A DNA stretch of 64,000 nucleotides, taken from assembly GCF_006345805.1 (NCBI RefSeq), contig NW_021833051.1:27305-91304 (forward strand). The letters run 5' to 3'. Below the pieces are notes generated by a model, which searched no databases, was not told the origin of the DNA, and was given only the letters and a program-made list of their open reading frames with translations. Source of the DNA: Octopus sinensis (lineage: Eukaryota). Both the position numbers and the translations under genes were made by a program. This document shows, one piece after another, positions 17,017 to 32,139 of the stretch. How positions within the stretch are numbered: position 1 is the stretch's first letter; each line of letters opens with the position of its first letter.

Positions 17017-17430
17017 TCTGTTTTTACTTGTTTCAGTCATTTGACTGCGGCCATACTGGAGCACCGCCTTTAGTCGAGCAAATCGACCCCAGACTTATTC
17101 TTTGTAAGCCTAGTACTTATTCTATCGGTCTATTTTGCCGAACCGCTAAGTTACGGAGGACGTAAACACACACTAGTATCGGTTGTCAAGCGATGTTGGG
17201 GGGACAAACACAGACACACAAACATATACACATACATACATATCTATATATATATACATACATATATACGACGGGCTTCTTTCAGTTTCCGTCTACCAAA
17301 TCCACCCACAAGGCCTTGGTTGGCCCGAGGCTATAGAAGAAGACACTTACCCGAGGTGCCACGCAGTGAGACTAAACCCGGAACCATATGGTTCGTAAGC
17401 AAGCTACTAACCACACAACCACTCCAACGC
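17017..17430 (-). mobile_element. Meta-domain tRNA SINE, full length
   Basis: Head, Meta-like domain, internal (TA/TG)n and tail all present. Confidence 0.85.
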
Positions 17431-17433
17431 CAA

Positions 17434-17473
<40 letters not shown>

Positions 17474-17664
17474 TAATATATATATATATATATATATGCA
17501 CATAAATATATAAAAAAATTAAAAATGCAATTATCCAAATTATAAAATTCCGAGAGACATTATTACATAACGGTTTCACTTGAATTGATCATTGCATTGT
17601 ATTGTCCATGTATAATGGTTAGCCATTAGCATTCATTTAGCATACACGGAAATAGCCACATCAT

Positions 17665-17858
17665 AAACGCACTTAGAAAAGGGATTAACATTAGAGAAAA
17701 TCCACTCAACGAACATTTAGATGGATGTGCTGGAACTCGACAGAAGATTTTTGAACTATTCCCATTACATCAACGAACTGAAAATACAACAGGACAAGAA
17801 AGAATTAACAAAGAAACATTTCTATTCGAAAAATGTTGAGCAAGTTTTAATTTAATTA
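17665..17858 (+). mobile_element. PLE GIY-YIG endonuclease C-terminal remnant
   Basis: Translates NPLNEHLDGC...IFELFPLH...ERINKETFLFEKC*ASFN, resembling the H...C...FP...R..KE..FI....P.LN end of PLE ORFs. Confidence 0.45.
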
Positions 17859-18015
17859 TCAACGTTCACGAAAATAGATTGGTCTTCCTACTTTTTAAAT
17901 ATTCAAGGTATATACTGTCACCCACTTTGCTGCTTAGTGGGATTATAATAAATTTCGGTTGCTAACGAACATAGTTACCTCTCTAGATACCAAAAACATC
18001 CGTCTCCTCCTCTTT

Positions 18016-18082
<67 letters not shown>

Positions 18083-18770
18083 GAGTCTATCGTCAATATT
18101 GTCACGCCTCCTTCCTTCAAACGGGAAGGAAGAGCTATTTTCATCATCCTTGTGGCTATGGCGAAAGAATGTATCTGGTGGACGCGTCTGAAAGGATTGG
18201 AGACAAACACTTTCCTCTCTGGTCAATCTCTCATCAACTTCTTCAAGTACCACTTGAAAAGGAAAGTGAGAGTAGAGAGGCAAGTTTTGTCTAGCGAATG
18301 TTAAAAAAAAAGATGGGTGAATGTAGCAAGAATGGCACGTATGAATGACGAAGCCACCTTGAGCATAGTCCTATGAACCAGAAATCGAAAACAGAGAGTT
18401 GCTTATTTGCAAAAAAAAAAAAAAAAAAAAAAAGAAATATAAAATGTGACTTCATTGACCGAGGTTACCGTGGCTTTTCCGCAGGCTTTTCTTCCACGGG
18501 TAAACCTCACCTGTCCTCCCCTTACACTTCATATTGACATTTCTGTGATAACGATCCCTATTGATCATTTTTTTTTCCTCTCCCCCCCCCCTTTTTTTTT
18601 TAACCCCCTTATTTTTGTCCTCTTTCTCCTTTTACGATCCCTTTTGATCGAACCTCCCCTTCCTTCTTTTTTTTCTTTTTTTTTTTTTTTTTTTTAATAC
18701 CTTCAAAAGAAAAGCTCTACCTTGTAATTTGTTCTATCTGTGTGCAGCCCTGTGTGGCTAATAAAGAAAC
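18083..18770 (+). mobile_element. Tx1-clade LINE 3' end inside (TCTA)n
   Basis: AMAKECIWWTRLKGLETNTFLSGQSLINFF..HLKRKVRVERQVLS is homologous to 36060-36250; ends gccctgtgtggctaataaagaaac; (TCTA)n on both sides. Confidence 0.75.
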
Positions 18771-19382
<612 letters not shown>

Positions 19383-21044
19383 TATTTTAGCTGTGTATGT
19401 ATGTGTAGTGTGAGTGTGGTACGCACAATTGTCCAAGAAAATTATACCCACATGCTACTGAAAAACACGATACTATAGTAACGTACATTTGTCTATAGTA
19501 CTGTGTAGGGAATTCCAGGAACCATGGGATTGCGATTTGAATTTGGTAACTACATAAACAGCCATTCAAATTATAATATTCTAGAAACCCGTTTGAATCG
19601 TTATATAACTACCAACGAGAACTTTCAGATTATATGAACAACACTAATTCATCCCAATGTACTGCTTTTGGGATTGTTGACGTAACATCTGTGAAAGCTA
19701 GCTTTATCTATTTATCCCCTGTGTACATTACACAGAAGGTGGTGATTACACAGTACATAAATTAAAGGTTTTACAAGTAAACTGAACATTCTGACAGCTA
19801 TTTAAATACATACCACAGTATGTCGGTTAATGTTAACTGACAGTAACTTACTTTTAACTAAAGTTTTCTGATTTCACCAGGCTCTCATAACACTTTTTGT
19901 GTCATACACGCAACGAGAAACATTTTAAACTCTGCTTTTCTATTAGCCCCTATTCTACAAAGTACTCCAAAAGCTGAAAAAGCAAGAGTCCCTTTAGTAT
20001 TAATCGATTAGATAGTCGTTAGAAACTATAATTATGTCGTGACTGCTTCTATTTCGAATCCTGCCAGTTCCAGTGGGAATTCTTCTTCAAATTAAACTAT
20101 TGTAATTAAAAACGGAAATCAAAATGGCTTCATTTTCTCAAATGACTCGCTACTTCAACATTTAATAGAGATTTCCCTCCTATTTGTTGGTTTTTAATTT
20201 GGCAGCAATTTTTCTATGGAAGCTATTAACGTTAACACAAGAATAAACAAAAGATGATTATTGTGGCGTTAACAGTAAAGTTATTTCACATTGGTTCAAT
20301 AGAAAAGAAGAAGAAGAAGAAGAGAAAGAAGGAATCTGCTGCAGAAATTGACGGACCTATTTCTAAAACTGACGTTTGTAAGATATAATTATAGTCTTTA
20401 GGATATGAGCGACGTATTTACACTGTAACACACTAAACATTGATTCAACTGATGTTTGGTTACCGAAGCTTTTGTAGACGGTGATGAGTTGGCAGGGAAG
20501 TGTTTGAAGGTGGGGAAAGCGTTTTGAGTGACTGAGATATTTGTGAGATAGGAGACTTTTTTGAATTGACAGTGTTTAATGGGTTAGAGAGGGGTTTAGG
20601 GGATAGTTGAGATGGTACTTTGAGATGGAGAATATTTTGAATAAGGATGAGAAACAGAGACAGTTCTAGAGGTTGAATAATTTCATAGAACGGGATGGGA
20701 GAGTAACTGAAAGAAAAAGAGCGAGTGAGAGAGAGAGAAGAGGGGGTGGGGAAGGAAGAGAACGAAAGAAGAGGGAACTTTAGAAATGACAGAAAGGGAG
20801 CCGATTGAAATTGATGTTTATGAAATTGTTCGGAACGTAAAAGGTTTTGAAATATGCACTGAGATGTTTAGACAGGTATCTTTCACAATAGAATTGCTTG
20901 AAAAAGGAGATAATTACGAGTTTAAGAATTCAGTATCAGAAATTTCGTATTAGAAGTAAGAGACAGCGATATTTGGAACCGTGGTATTGGTATATAGAGT
21001 TGGGTATATGAAACCATAGATTTTAGAGCAAAGAGGGATAAATT

Positions 21045-21548
21045 TTGTGGAAATTAGCTGCCCACCGGATGTTAACATAAAGCTGAGGATCAGCGAAAAA
21101 GAGAACATCTATGCTGAACTATTGAGAAACCCGCAGTTACTCTATCCAGATTACAAGTTCAGGTTTATACCTGTAATTACTGGGGCACTGGGATATGTAA
21201 CATACTGCTTAAATACCAATCTTGAGAAATTAGGCTTCCAAAACCAGAAAGGAGAAAGCTAATTCGAAGACTACAGATCCAATCCATCACTGGAACTGTA
21301 AAAATCTGTAAAACTTTCCAGAAGTTTATTATTTAAATATATATGAGCATGTCTAGATATGTAACTATATGCATGAGAATACATACAAAAAAAAAACATA
21401 CAAATCTGCACATACATACATACATACAAAAATACCCTGTTGTTGATGTTGAAATTCCAATGAAGGAGGCTTGGATCTAGGTTAGAAATCGGTTCTTTCT
21501 CTATTTCAAGAAATCTTGAAATAAAATGAATAATGACATACATACATA
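21045..21548 (+). mobile_element. RLE-type LINE 3' fragment, same family as 5890-6235
   Basis: VEISCPPDVNIKLRISEKENIYAELLRN...FIPVITGALG; the 3' UTR ends in acatacata. Confidence 0.8.
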
Positions 21549-21675
21549 TTATTCTTAAACAAGAATGTTGTTGATAGTGACTTCGAAGTTTTGGCCAGTT
21601 TACCCATCGTCACCGATGGCTAAACTGGCCTAAACTTCAAAATCACTGTCAACAACATTCTTGTTTAAGAATAAT
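21548..21675. repeat. Foldback palindrome, ~62-bp arms, 4-nt loop
   Basis: attattcttaaacaagaatgttgttga...ccatcg tcac cgatgg...tcaacaacattcttgtttaagaataat; about 5 mismatches. Confidence 0.9.
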
Positions 21676-21759
21676 AAACTTGTACTCTACAAAGTACAGA
21701 GTAACCTATCAGATTAATGTAAAATTGTTTTTATTATAACTGAACATAAAAACATAAAA

Positions 21760-21843
<84 letters not shown>

Positions 21844-22264
21844 TATATACAGAGACACACATAGACAATAGACAGACACACCAAATATACACAAGTACAT
21901 ATATTTACTATCGAGATTTTGATGCAGAAACCCAATGGTGTGAGTAAAGTTGATGTCACGAATATTTGAAGAAAGAAACGAACAAGAAAAAAAAAGCATC
22001 TTAGGTAAAAATCACAGGTGAGAAAACAAGACGCTAATCGAAGAAAGATAATTCATATTTCTGTTCTTCTCAGGAAGAAAAATGTAATTAAACTTAGACA
22101 AAATAGGCGTAGAGGTGTGGTTGTGAAGATCACTTTTCAACTGCATGACTCCTGGTTCGATACCATTGTACGAAAGATACCACTGTACGGAATCTTGCAA
22201 GTGAAACTCTGTAGACAGACGAAACCTGTACACACACACACACACGCTATAGAATATGATATTT

Positions 22265-22602
22265 GCTCTTGAAGGATTTTAGCCAAAAGAATCGACCTAG
22301 GACTTATTATTTGTAAGCCTAGTACATATTTTATCGTTCTCTTTTGCCGAACCGTTAGGTAACGGAGATGTAACACACCACCACCGGTTGTCGAACAGTG
22401 AAGGGGACGAGCACACCCACGCGCGCGCACAAGCATACACACACATATACGACAGGCTTCTTTCAGTTTCCGTCTGCCAAATCCATTCACAAGGCTTTGG
22501 TCGGCCCGAAGCTACAGTAGAAAACACTTGCCCAGGGTGCCACGCAGTGGGACTGAACCCGGAACCATGTAGTTGGGAATCGAGCTTCTTGCCACACCGC
22601 CA
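22265..22602 (-). mobile_element. Meta-domain tRNA SINE
   Basis: Matches 17017-17430. Confidence 0.8.
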
Positions 22603-22663
22603 TATGTATAATATATAATATTTAATGTATATGTACGTACACATATATATATATATATATAAT

Positions 22664-22715
<52 letters not shown>

Positions 22716-22961
22716 CATTTATGTTAACATTCGATCCTCTTTTCAAGAAATCTAATGCCCGTGGCTTAGTTTTTCTTTGGGGTTGGCCGAATCGGAGCGA
22801 TATCGAGATTAAACAGCCGAAATTGCTAAGATGATCCGGTTTCCGACTGAAGATTAGAGGCTTCGAGTGTCCCGTCTGTTTTTTTTGTGTCGTCTCCTTG
22901 TGTGTTTTTGCGTTCTTGTCCCACTTTGTAATTTATAATTTATATTTAATTTCTATATACA

Positions 22962-23019
<58 letters not shown>

Positions 23020-23025
23020 AAAAAT

Positions 23026-23312
23026 GGTTGTGAGTTCGATTCCCGGACCGGGCTGTGTGTTGTGTTCTTGAACAAGACACTTTATTTAACGTTGCTCTAT
23101 TAACTCAACTGTAAAAATGAGTTGCGACACCACTGGTGCCAAACTGTATCGGCCTTTACCTTTTCCATGGATGACATCAGTGGTGTGGAGAGGAGAGGCT
23201 GGTATGCATGGGCGATTGCTGGCTTTCCACAAACAACCTTGCCCGGACTTGTGCCTCGGAGGGTAACTTTCTAGGTGCAATCCCATGGTCATTCATGATC
23301 GAAGGGGTTCTC
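23026..23312 (+). mobile_element. CORE-like tRNA SINE, 5'-truncated, inside (TA)n
   Basis: B box gagttcgattccc; gtgttcttgaacaagacact CORE-like motif. Confidence 0.75.
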
Positions 23313-23316
23313 CTCC

Positions 23317-23352
<36 letters not shown>

Positions 23353-24494
23353 TATATATATATATATACTCTATTTTACTCGTTTCTGTCATGTGACTGT
23401 GGCCATGCTGGAGCACCACCTTTAGTCGAATAAATAGACCCTAGGACTTATTCTATGTAAGCCTAGTACATATTCTATCGGTCTCTTTTTATTTATAATA
23501 AGTTATATATATTTTCTTACTATTCTCTATAATTTATTATTATTGTGTTTTCTTATTTTAATATCTTTAGCTGTTAACCTCTTATCTCTTATAAGTTATT
23601 AATGTTCTTAAAGAGAAATATAAACGTTTTAGTTACTTAAGTCTAGAAGATTTGATTATAACATACCCATAATAAGGTACAAATATTTGTGTATATTTGC
23701 AATGTGTGCACATAGTTGAATATGTGTATGTATCTGTGCATAACTTATTTTTCGGAATTTTTTTCTGATTCTTAGCTTATAACTAATATAAATATAACAT
23801 GATTTATCGCCCCAGTATTCTACAAGTAAATACCCAGAGCAATCTTTATAGAAACCACCTTATAAGTAAGTAACTAAGTGCTGGTATGGATATGAAACTA
23901 ATTCAATGTAATCTTCTCTTTCTAATGTTGAAAATTGGTATATATACACAGTTTATCTGTTCTGGTTATAATATCATTTTTACTAATCTTAAATTTTATC
24001 TGCATGCAACATAATATTGTTTATATACAATCATCCATGGTACCCCATGATAATTTCCTCTGTATTAACATCATAGGTTTTATTAGCGTCTTGCCCTTTT
24101 AACTGGTTATTAACATCTTGATTTAGGGTCTTCCCTACCCAGCCTCCTTTATAGACAGTTACTTATACATTTACTAAATCCTGACAATATTTATGACCAT
24201 ACCCAACTATAAACTGTCAACTCACTCTGTCTATCCATTCTAAACAGACATATATATGTGTGTGTTCTCTAGCCTTAGATTTGGTAGTTGATAAAAAAAG
24301 ACTAATAAATTAACAGTGAACCACAATCATTTACAAATTATGACCCTAACAAACTCCATACAGTTCTTAGAAGTGTAGTATATTCTGAGTCACATTAGTA
24401 GCAACATGGACTTTCTCCCTCTTCTTGCTCTATTAGAGAATTTGAGTAAAATTATATTAATGTGTCCAACTGATTAAAAAATTCTATTTATTAA

Positions 24495-24580
24495 CGAAGC
24501 TGAGGATAGCCCTGCATTTAAATTGATGAAATGATTGCATTGTTCAATTAAATGGAGACGCTTGAAACGGTCGTACTGCA
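24495..24580 (+). ncRNA. Degenerate hammerhead-like motif at the end of a PLE-like remnant
   Basis: CUGAGGA...GAAAC-GGUC-GUA-CUGCA. The sister copy at 47670-47749 (-) has the matching UGCAG stem I strand. (TA)n follows. Confidence 0.45.
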
Positions 24581-25400
24581 TCACCTCTTGTTATCCTGTT
24601 GTATTATATATATATATATATGCTATACTACACACACACACAAACACACACACAAAGACATATACACGTTAATATCAAACAGTGAGAATGAGAGCTCAAA
24701 ATCGCATTGTTACATGAATATTCTTTATTTGTGGGCTAACAGAGCAACCACCGGTTTCATGCAGTGAGGTTTCTCAGCAATTATCAAGCCTGTCGCATAG
24801 GACATTGGTACTCGCCTCCATCTTGGAGCATTCATTCGGTGTCGAGCATTTGTCATCACTATTCGACATTAACGTCTAAAAGCTTGCGGTGTACTTAAAC
24901 ACCGGATGAGCACTAAACACGAACACAGAGAGTCAAAACAAAAAAAAATGGAAAAGCACGAAGGGAAAACAACACTGAAGAATATATATACATATAAAAT
25001 CATTATTGATGTAGCAGCAACAGTATATATAGATACTAGCATGAAACAAATTATGAATGAGAGAACATAATCTAAAAAATATGAGCTACATATTAAAATG
25101 ATCTATCTAGGACGCAATAAATATTTGTAAGGCCTTCTTACGATTTAAAGGGTGAATGATTGCGCAGATATTGGCGAAAAGAACACGGCAGCATTTTTAA
25201 TATCTATTTTTTAAATTTAGCAACTGTGTAGGCTGCTGGTAAAAATAGATATTAATACACCGACGAGGAACATCATATATGTATGACTCATACATACATA
25301 CATGTATAAATGTATATATATATATATACATACATGCATATATATATACACATATATGTATATTAATGTATGTATGTACGTATGTATGTATATATGTATG

Positions 25401-25432
<32 letters not shown>

Positions 25433-25460
25433 ATATATATTATATATATATATATATATA

Positions 25461-25835
25461 TCTCTATATATAAACGGCAGTTTGTCTGTGCGTTTTTCTG
25501 TGTGTCTGTTTTCTCGTACCCTCACTCTGACCACGGCTTCAACGATTCTGATGAAACTTGACACACACATAGCCCAATGTCATAATTCAAAACTAACGCA
25601 GCGAAAATTTTGAAAAGTTTCCCCAGTTCTGAAAAAAATCGATAAATTCGACATGGGGTCGAGAATCAGAAACCCAAACCACAGACCGTCTAGGGACGCA
25701 ACTCCACCTTTTTTAACTCTCAAAAAAATTACCATCATTTCTTTCCATTTTTTTGCTATTTTTTGGCTATAACTCTCTAAAATGCTTTATAGTTATTTCC
25801 CTTACAAACCTGAGCAACGCCGGGCGATACTGCTA

Positions 25836-25836
<1 letters not shown>
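25461..25836 (+). mobile_element. Non-autonomous Helitron, copy 2, inserted in (TA)n
   Basis: A|TC...hairpin-CTAG|T; near-identical to 479-864. Confidence 0.8.
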
Positions 25837-25913
<77 letters not shown>

Positions 25914-26184
25914 GTATATGTATATATATGTATATATATGAATATATGTATATATATATAGTCAATCCAAAACATGAATAAGCAAGAAAAAACTACAACG
26001 CGATGATATGGAATGAGTACGCATTCACACGTATACGTTCATATTTGTACGCATATACATGAACATATACACAAATAAGTGTGTATATGTGTGCATAACA
26101 CAAAAACATACATATATGCACACACACACACATATCTGTACATGCATGTATATATGTTTATAATAGCATATATATGTATTTCAC

Positions 26185-26218
<34 letters not shown>

Positions 26219-26357
26219 GCCTGTCTAACTTTCTGTCTATCTCCTTCCCTATCTTTCTCTCTCTTCCTGTTTGTATATAAATATATACATATATACATAC
26301 ATACACACACACACACATACATACATACATACATGCATACATACATACATACATACA

Positions 26358-26391
<34 letters not shown>

Positions 26392-27092
26392 CCAGGCCCT
26401 ATATAAGGCTTTATACACGCTTTAAATATAGACACTAGCTCACACACTGATTACGCAGATTATACACACTATTTTCGTTTTACTGTAGCAACATTCTGTT
26501 TCTACATTTTTTGTCAAATTTTTCAGTCTTCCAACATAATTAGAAGACGGTCTTCTACCATAATTAGGAAACACACGCGCACGCAGCCCGCATTCGTATA
26601 TATCGTAGAAACACATATACGCACATGTGAACAGTAAACGTATATAATCATATGGAAATAGACATACACAGGTGTACAGAGACACACGCAGACATAGAAG
26701 CACACACACACACACACACACATACAGATACACACATATATATATACATATACATACACTATATAGAAATATAGAGCCACATATACGGGTACACACACAC
26801 ACAGATATGTACATATTTACTCACACACATATGCACACGCGTAGTCACATATTTAGATTTTACATGGCCATACATGTAAATAGTAATTTATTGATTTATA
26901 TATCGATTTTCTTGAGAACTACCAATCTGACATGTAATTGCTTCCATCTGATCTCGTCATTCTGATGTTTACCTTTCGGCTTCTACAGCTTCTGCCGTTT
27001 CCACAGAGTTTTCTATTGATACTCTGGCGTAATACAGGTTCCAACGTCAATGATATTCCTTGCATTTCGTCAGCATTTCACTATTTCTAACC

Positions 27093-27169
<77 letters not shown>

Positions 27170-27313
27170 ATATAGTTATCGCAAAGCTAACATGGCAGTC
27201 CCCCAAAATAGGACGAATGCTGCCGTTGATTAGCTCCAGGAGGCACACGAACCTGTGTCCATTATAACCTTTGAACAGGGGAAGTCAGCCGCATCCCCTT
27301 GCTGATCTGGCAT

Positions 27314-27354
27314 CTACAGACTAATTTCAGGGTATTTGCCCCTTATCAATGTAG
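27314..27354 (-). ncRNA. Degenerate minimal hammerhead-like motif
   Basis: CUACA-uUGAUaA-GGGG caaaua CCCU-GAAAu-UA-GUC-UGUAG; 5-bp stem I intact, core mutated; the host segment is flanked by (TA)n on both sides. Confidence 0.45.
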
Positions 27355-27430
27355 AGTAGCCGAACCCAGCAGGCGTCGTTACTGACCATCTGTTCGAAGG
27401 ATTATTTACCTAAAATTCAGTGGAATACCT

Positions 27431-27506
<76 letters not shown>

Positions 27507-28769
27507 CCGTGTATGTATGTATATATTTATTTCTAAATCTTATCTTTTACTTCAATGCATATAGTTTTACTTTCGTCGAAGTGCTGGAAAGGAAATTGAT
27601 GGTTTGAATAATGTCTGTTAAATTGGAGTATCGTGAAGAAATCTACGACATATGTAAATGGATCTAAGTGTTGCAACTTATGAGAAACTGAAACATCGCA
27701 TATTCGTTTGAAATCCAAGAATTCTATCGCACTACTTAATAACAGATCCGAAATTTTCAGCAATTGCAAGCACATGGACAGATTTCTTTTGTCGAACTGG
27801 CGGACATCAATCTCTCCGGATTGAGCAGCTGTCATGCTGACTTTGGACTTCTCTCTGTTGAATTATTCTACATCAACTTAATTGTGATTTTTACGGTCAA
27901 AGATGACGTAACTCCATTTTCTCTCTTTTCTCTCCCCTTTCTTTTCTGTTTTTATTCACCCTTTGTCTTCCCATTCCACTTTTGGCATCAACATTCTCAT
28001 TTTTTTCTCGTGGTTTCTCACGTACCAGCGTCCTGGTTTTCAAGTAGAACAAACCATAGGCCCAGAACCTAAAGATTGCTTGAAGATACAAGACACGTTA
28101 TAAAAATTTGCCTAACCACGTGTCTCAATGACAAGAAACTATTAGTAGGTTTTATTTTAACATAATGTGCATTAAATGATATCTGTCTCTTACTGGATGG
28201 AGTGCTTTTCTGTTGGTCCTGCCTCAATGGAAGAGTAAACTATACATACATACATACATACATACATACATACATACATACATACACACACACATATGTA
28301 TAGGAGGGTATTGTAGTTCGCTTGAAGCATTGTGTATTGTTTGTAAAGAATAAAATGTTTTGAATGGTACAACAATGCACTTTAATACAAACAATGGGCT
28401 ATGTACCTGTTGTAATTTAGTTATCCATAGTATGATAATATTTCGGAATAAAATTCCTTCTTCAGATATTCTTAGATGGAGTCGCTGCTATAATCGGTTT
28501 TCCAACGGCTTTTCGTTTTTTCTTTTTCGGAAGCGTCTCAGCGGTGGTCTTACGAAGCTCCTTCCGGAATTCCTCATGAGAAGTGCGTGAGGTTGGCCAT
28601 GTCTCAATCTCGTGTGTGCTGGTACATCCGTAGCGCTGTTTCTAAGTTATGTATTATGCGTGCAGCTTCCTTTTTTTCCCCTTCTTTTTTCCTCTCGTCT
28701 CTCTCATTTTTGTTATAAACAATACCTGAGCCTGTTATCAAAAATGAACCTACACGCATCCAGATGTAA

Positions 28770-28870
28770 CTAAATAATATATTGATTACCAGCCTCCAGC
28801 CTGTTGTTAATTTGGGGCCCTAGTCTGTGTATGAGTATAGCTTCCTGAATTCTTAAACTACCCAATATGT
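28770..28870 (-). mobile_element. PLE GIY-YIG C-terminal remnant
   Basis: LRIQEAILIHRLGPQINNRLE fits the L.I.EA..I....P.(I/L)N terminus of PLE ORFs. Confidence 0.55.
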
Positions 28871-30219
28871 ATATATTCTTAGATAAATGCATGGCAAAGC
28901 ATAAATAAAAAAAACTTATATATACATTCTCGCTATGTGCATATTTACTCACAAAAGATATAGATCCACATACATATGTTCACACTTAAACGTACGTATT
29001 TACAAGCAAATACATCAGTTCGCTGTTGCTATAAAGTATATTATCGATTCTATGCTTAAACACACAAGCATACATACACGTAGACGTACACCAGAAGATA
29101 ATTAAATGTAATGGTAGACAGAAGGAACATTGATGCTTAAAAAGCTAAAATGAGACACGTGCAGAAAAGTTATACGCATAGTTACAAACGCATAAATACA
29201 AAAATAAACGGAAAAAAGAAAATAAAGACGCAAAAATATACACCCACACATATACGTGTGTTTACAACTCGTTTGCTCGTATAGAAAGAAGAAACATGAA
29301 AACATGTATTTAGAAGGAGTTAAGATAAAACAGGAAACAGCAATCTCCCGCAAGTATGCACGATTTGTGAAAAAATGATTATGGTAGACTCCTATACACG
29401 GGTACCAAAACCTGTACGTGGATAAAAAAGATATAAAGTAGCATGATATAACATGATATCCTTGGGAATATGGGAAGAATGCTATGCTTAATCAGATTCC
29501 CATGAAGTAGTAACATACAAAATTATTGTAGAATCCGATGGTTTGTATATACGTTAGTAAAACTAGGTGAAGTGTCTACTTGGTAATATTATTATTATAC
29601 TAGATAAAGCTAAATAGATATAGTGCAGACCTAGAGGCAAGGGAAAACGAGGTTCGTTAAGAAACGTTCATTGAATACAAATTCAGAGGGAGCAACTAGT
29701 AATTTCTTATGGGAGTTTTTTTTGCAGAGGCGGAAGGTATTGCGCAATCTATGTTTATATCTTATAATTGGTTCGTCCAAGCGATTAATAATGTTATCCT
29801 TAGTATTAATAATTATCTTAATTTCTTCAATACATAACGAGCACTTATTACAACCAATGTCGGATATCGCACGTTGAACGATCGACCATTTGGTATCGTA
29901 ATCTACTAAACCCTTCTTTAATTTCTAAATCAATTTAGATAAAGGTGCGCTACCAGCCTTAGCTTCGGATAGAAATGTTATATTATGATTAAGTATTTGA
30001 GACTTAAGCCATTGCAAGAAGCACATATATAAACTCATCTAAGCTTGATTTATAGTTACTACACATTGATAAACAATGTGGTTTAGTTATTAGACGCATA
30101 TTATCAAATGGAGAGGGAAGAGGGACATTTATAGTTAATTGCGGGCCCACGTGGGGTGTAGTTCAGGTTTTTGTGCTCAGATCCGTCATTGATTTTACTA
30201 AAAAAACTGAAACATTGTC

Positions 30220-30540
30220 GTTTGAGGATGTTGAACGAAACACCCATGTTTTTAGAGGTGAATTATTCAAATCCCAAAGAATTCCTCTCAACACACATAT
30301 GACTACGATGCTTCTCCACTACTTTTGCTCGTGATCAGAGATGCACATATTGCCAGCCATTAAGGGATATGTACAACTAGTTAAGGTCAAACAACTGATA
30401 AGTAAATCTGTGATATTGAGCAGAATATTTGCTGTAGCCCATCTTTTATACCAAGACAAAACAATGTACAAGATAACACTTCCAATCAGTTAAGAACAGA
30501 AGCCATGAGAGCCACTGCCTGGTACTGAATCAGGGCATTT
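30220..30540. mobile_element. Unclassified interspersed repeat (sister of 51048-51570)
   Basis: Colinear with 51285-51565; both copies abut (ATT)n-type tracts. Confidence 0.65.
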
Positions 30541-30653
30541 TTTATTATCATTATTATTATCTTTTATCCTTTCATTATTATATGTAAACCCCCACACTTT
30601 ATGTCTGTCTCTGTATTGTCCTCCTCATCCTTCGCGCTTGTGGCAAATAAATG

Positions 30654-30690
<37 letters not shown>

Positions 30691-30714
30691 TGTTATTTTC
30701 ATTATTATCTTCTT

Positions 30715-32135
30715 TCAATTCTGTTTCCATTTCTTGCCGAGTGTCTTACTGATACCTAGGGCAGAGAAACGCACTGTACACATTGGCAGGTCATTGAAAT
30801 AAACACACCAAATTGTTCATTTGTAAAGTCATGTGGTAGAGAAAAATGGGAAGACAGAGAGAAAAGGAAAAGTAAAAAGTAAACAAATTAAACGGCGGTG
30901 CATCAGCATGGCCACAGCTCTGAGCTGAAACTAGCAAAAAAAGAAAAAGAATAAAGGGACGGGGAAAAAGGAAATGCTCTTCTCATCTTCTCAATACGTG
31001 TGACAATACAGTTAAGACAATCTTTTGCCCTTCCTGTATGGATGGTAAGCCAGGAATCTATCTTAAATAATTTTCAGTTCCTTTTATGATCATTCCAGGT
31101 TCTCCTACAATCACTGGTATTGTAACCGTCTTGAGATACCACATCTTTTTGATTTCAATGAGCAACTTTTTATATTTTCTGAGTTTATCAAATTCCTTTG
31201 ACGAGATATTATGGTCACAGGGTATGCTCATGTCAATCAATAAACAGACTTTATTGTTTCGATCTTTCACAACAATATCTGGTTTGTTTGCCTTGATAGT
31301 CCGGTGTGTACATACTGGGAAGTTCCAAGGAACAGTTACAGCCCCAGGGTGGTGCTTTTACCATTTGTCAGCAGTTTTGATTTTATAACGCCGACACATT
31401 ATCCAGTGTAGATATTGGCCAACTCTGTTATGTCTTGATTTGTACTCTACAGGTGCTAAAACCTTACATTCAGAGATTAGGTGGCCCACTGTTTCTATCC
31501 CATCGTTGCATCGTTATCAACGATGCATCGTTATCAACACTTTGAGTCTATACCATTTTTCTATACCATTTTTCATCACATTGGTGAATAAGCTCTAATC
31601 TTGGGCAGCCAAAATAAAGCCTTCACTCTCTGCCTTTAGCCCTGAGCTCCGTAGCCACTGATGGGTGTGCTTCTGATCCGCATCAGCTTGCTTGCTACGG
31701 GCCACATATTTGCCATGCAGAGGTTTTTGTTCCCACCTATCAGCCAATTGTTCAAACGCATTTTGCTTTGCTATTGATTTCACCTTCGCAACTACAGTTG
31801 CTTCACTTCCATTACTCAGTTGAAAATATTTTGCTCTCCTTTATAACAGAATGTAGCATCTTGTGTCTTTCATGGTTTCCAACGAGCTTTAGCATCCAGT
31901 CGTTAGATGCTTCAAGATATTTTGCCAGTCCAATTGTGATGGTTTTGTAGATTTCAAATTGCATCAAGCCTCGACCTCCTTGAGCTCAGGGTAGGTAAAG
32001 ACGATCTGCGTCTGCCTTTGAGTGGTGCATCTTATTGCAAATCAGCAGCTTATGGATTTTCCTGTCAGTCTTCCTTATTTCGCTCATATTCCAGTTCAAC
32101 ACATTAGAACTGTAAAGAACAACCGGAACTGCTAA
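30715..32135 (-). mobile_element. R4/Dong-like LINE 3' portion (decayed)
   Basis: DRLYLP*AQGGRGLMQ, WEQKPLHGKY, WLRSSGLKAESEGFILAAQD, ETVGHLISEC..RHNRV, KPDIVVKD...IDMSIPCD..KEFDKL.KY..L...MW..KTVTIPVIVG. Confidence 0.9.
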
Positions 32136-32139
32136 GGAA

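Noticed and set aside
19850-19980. Minus-strand exon bounded by tttttcag and gtaagt
   Set aside because: All three frames contain stops; a non-coding exon cannot be shown from sequence alone.
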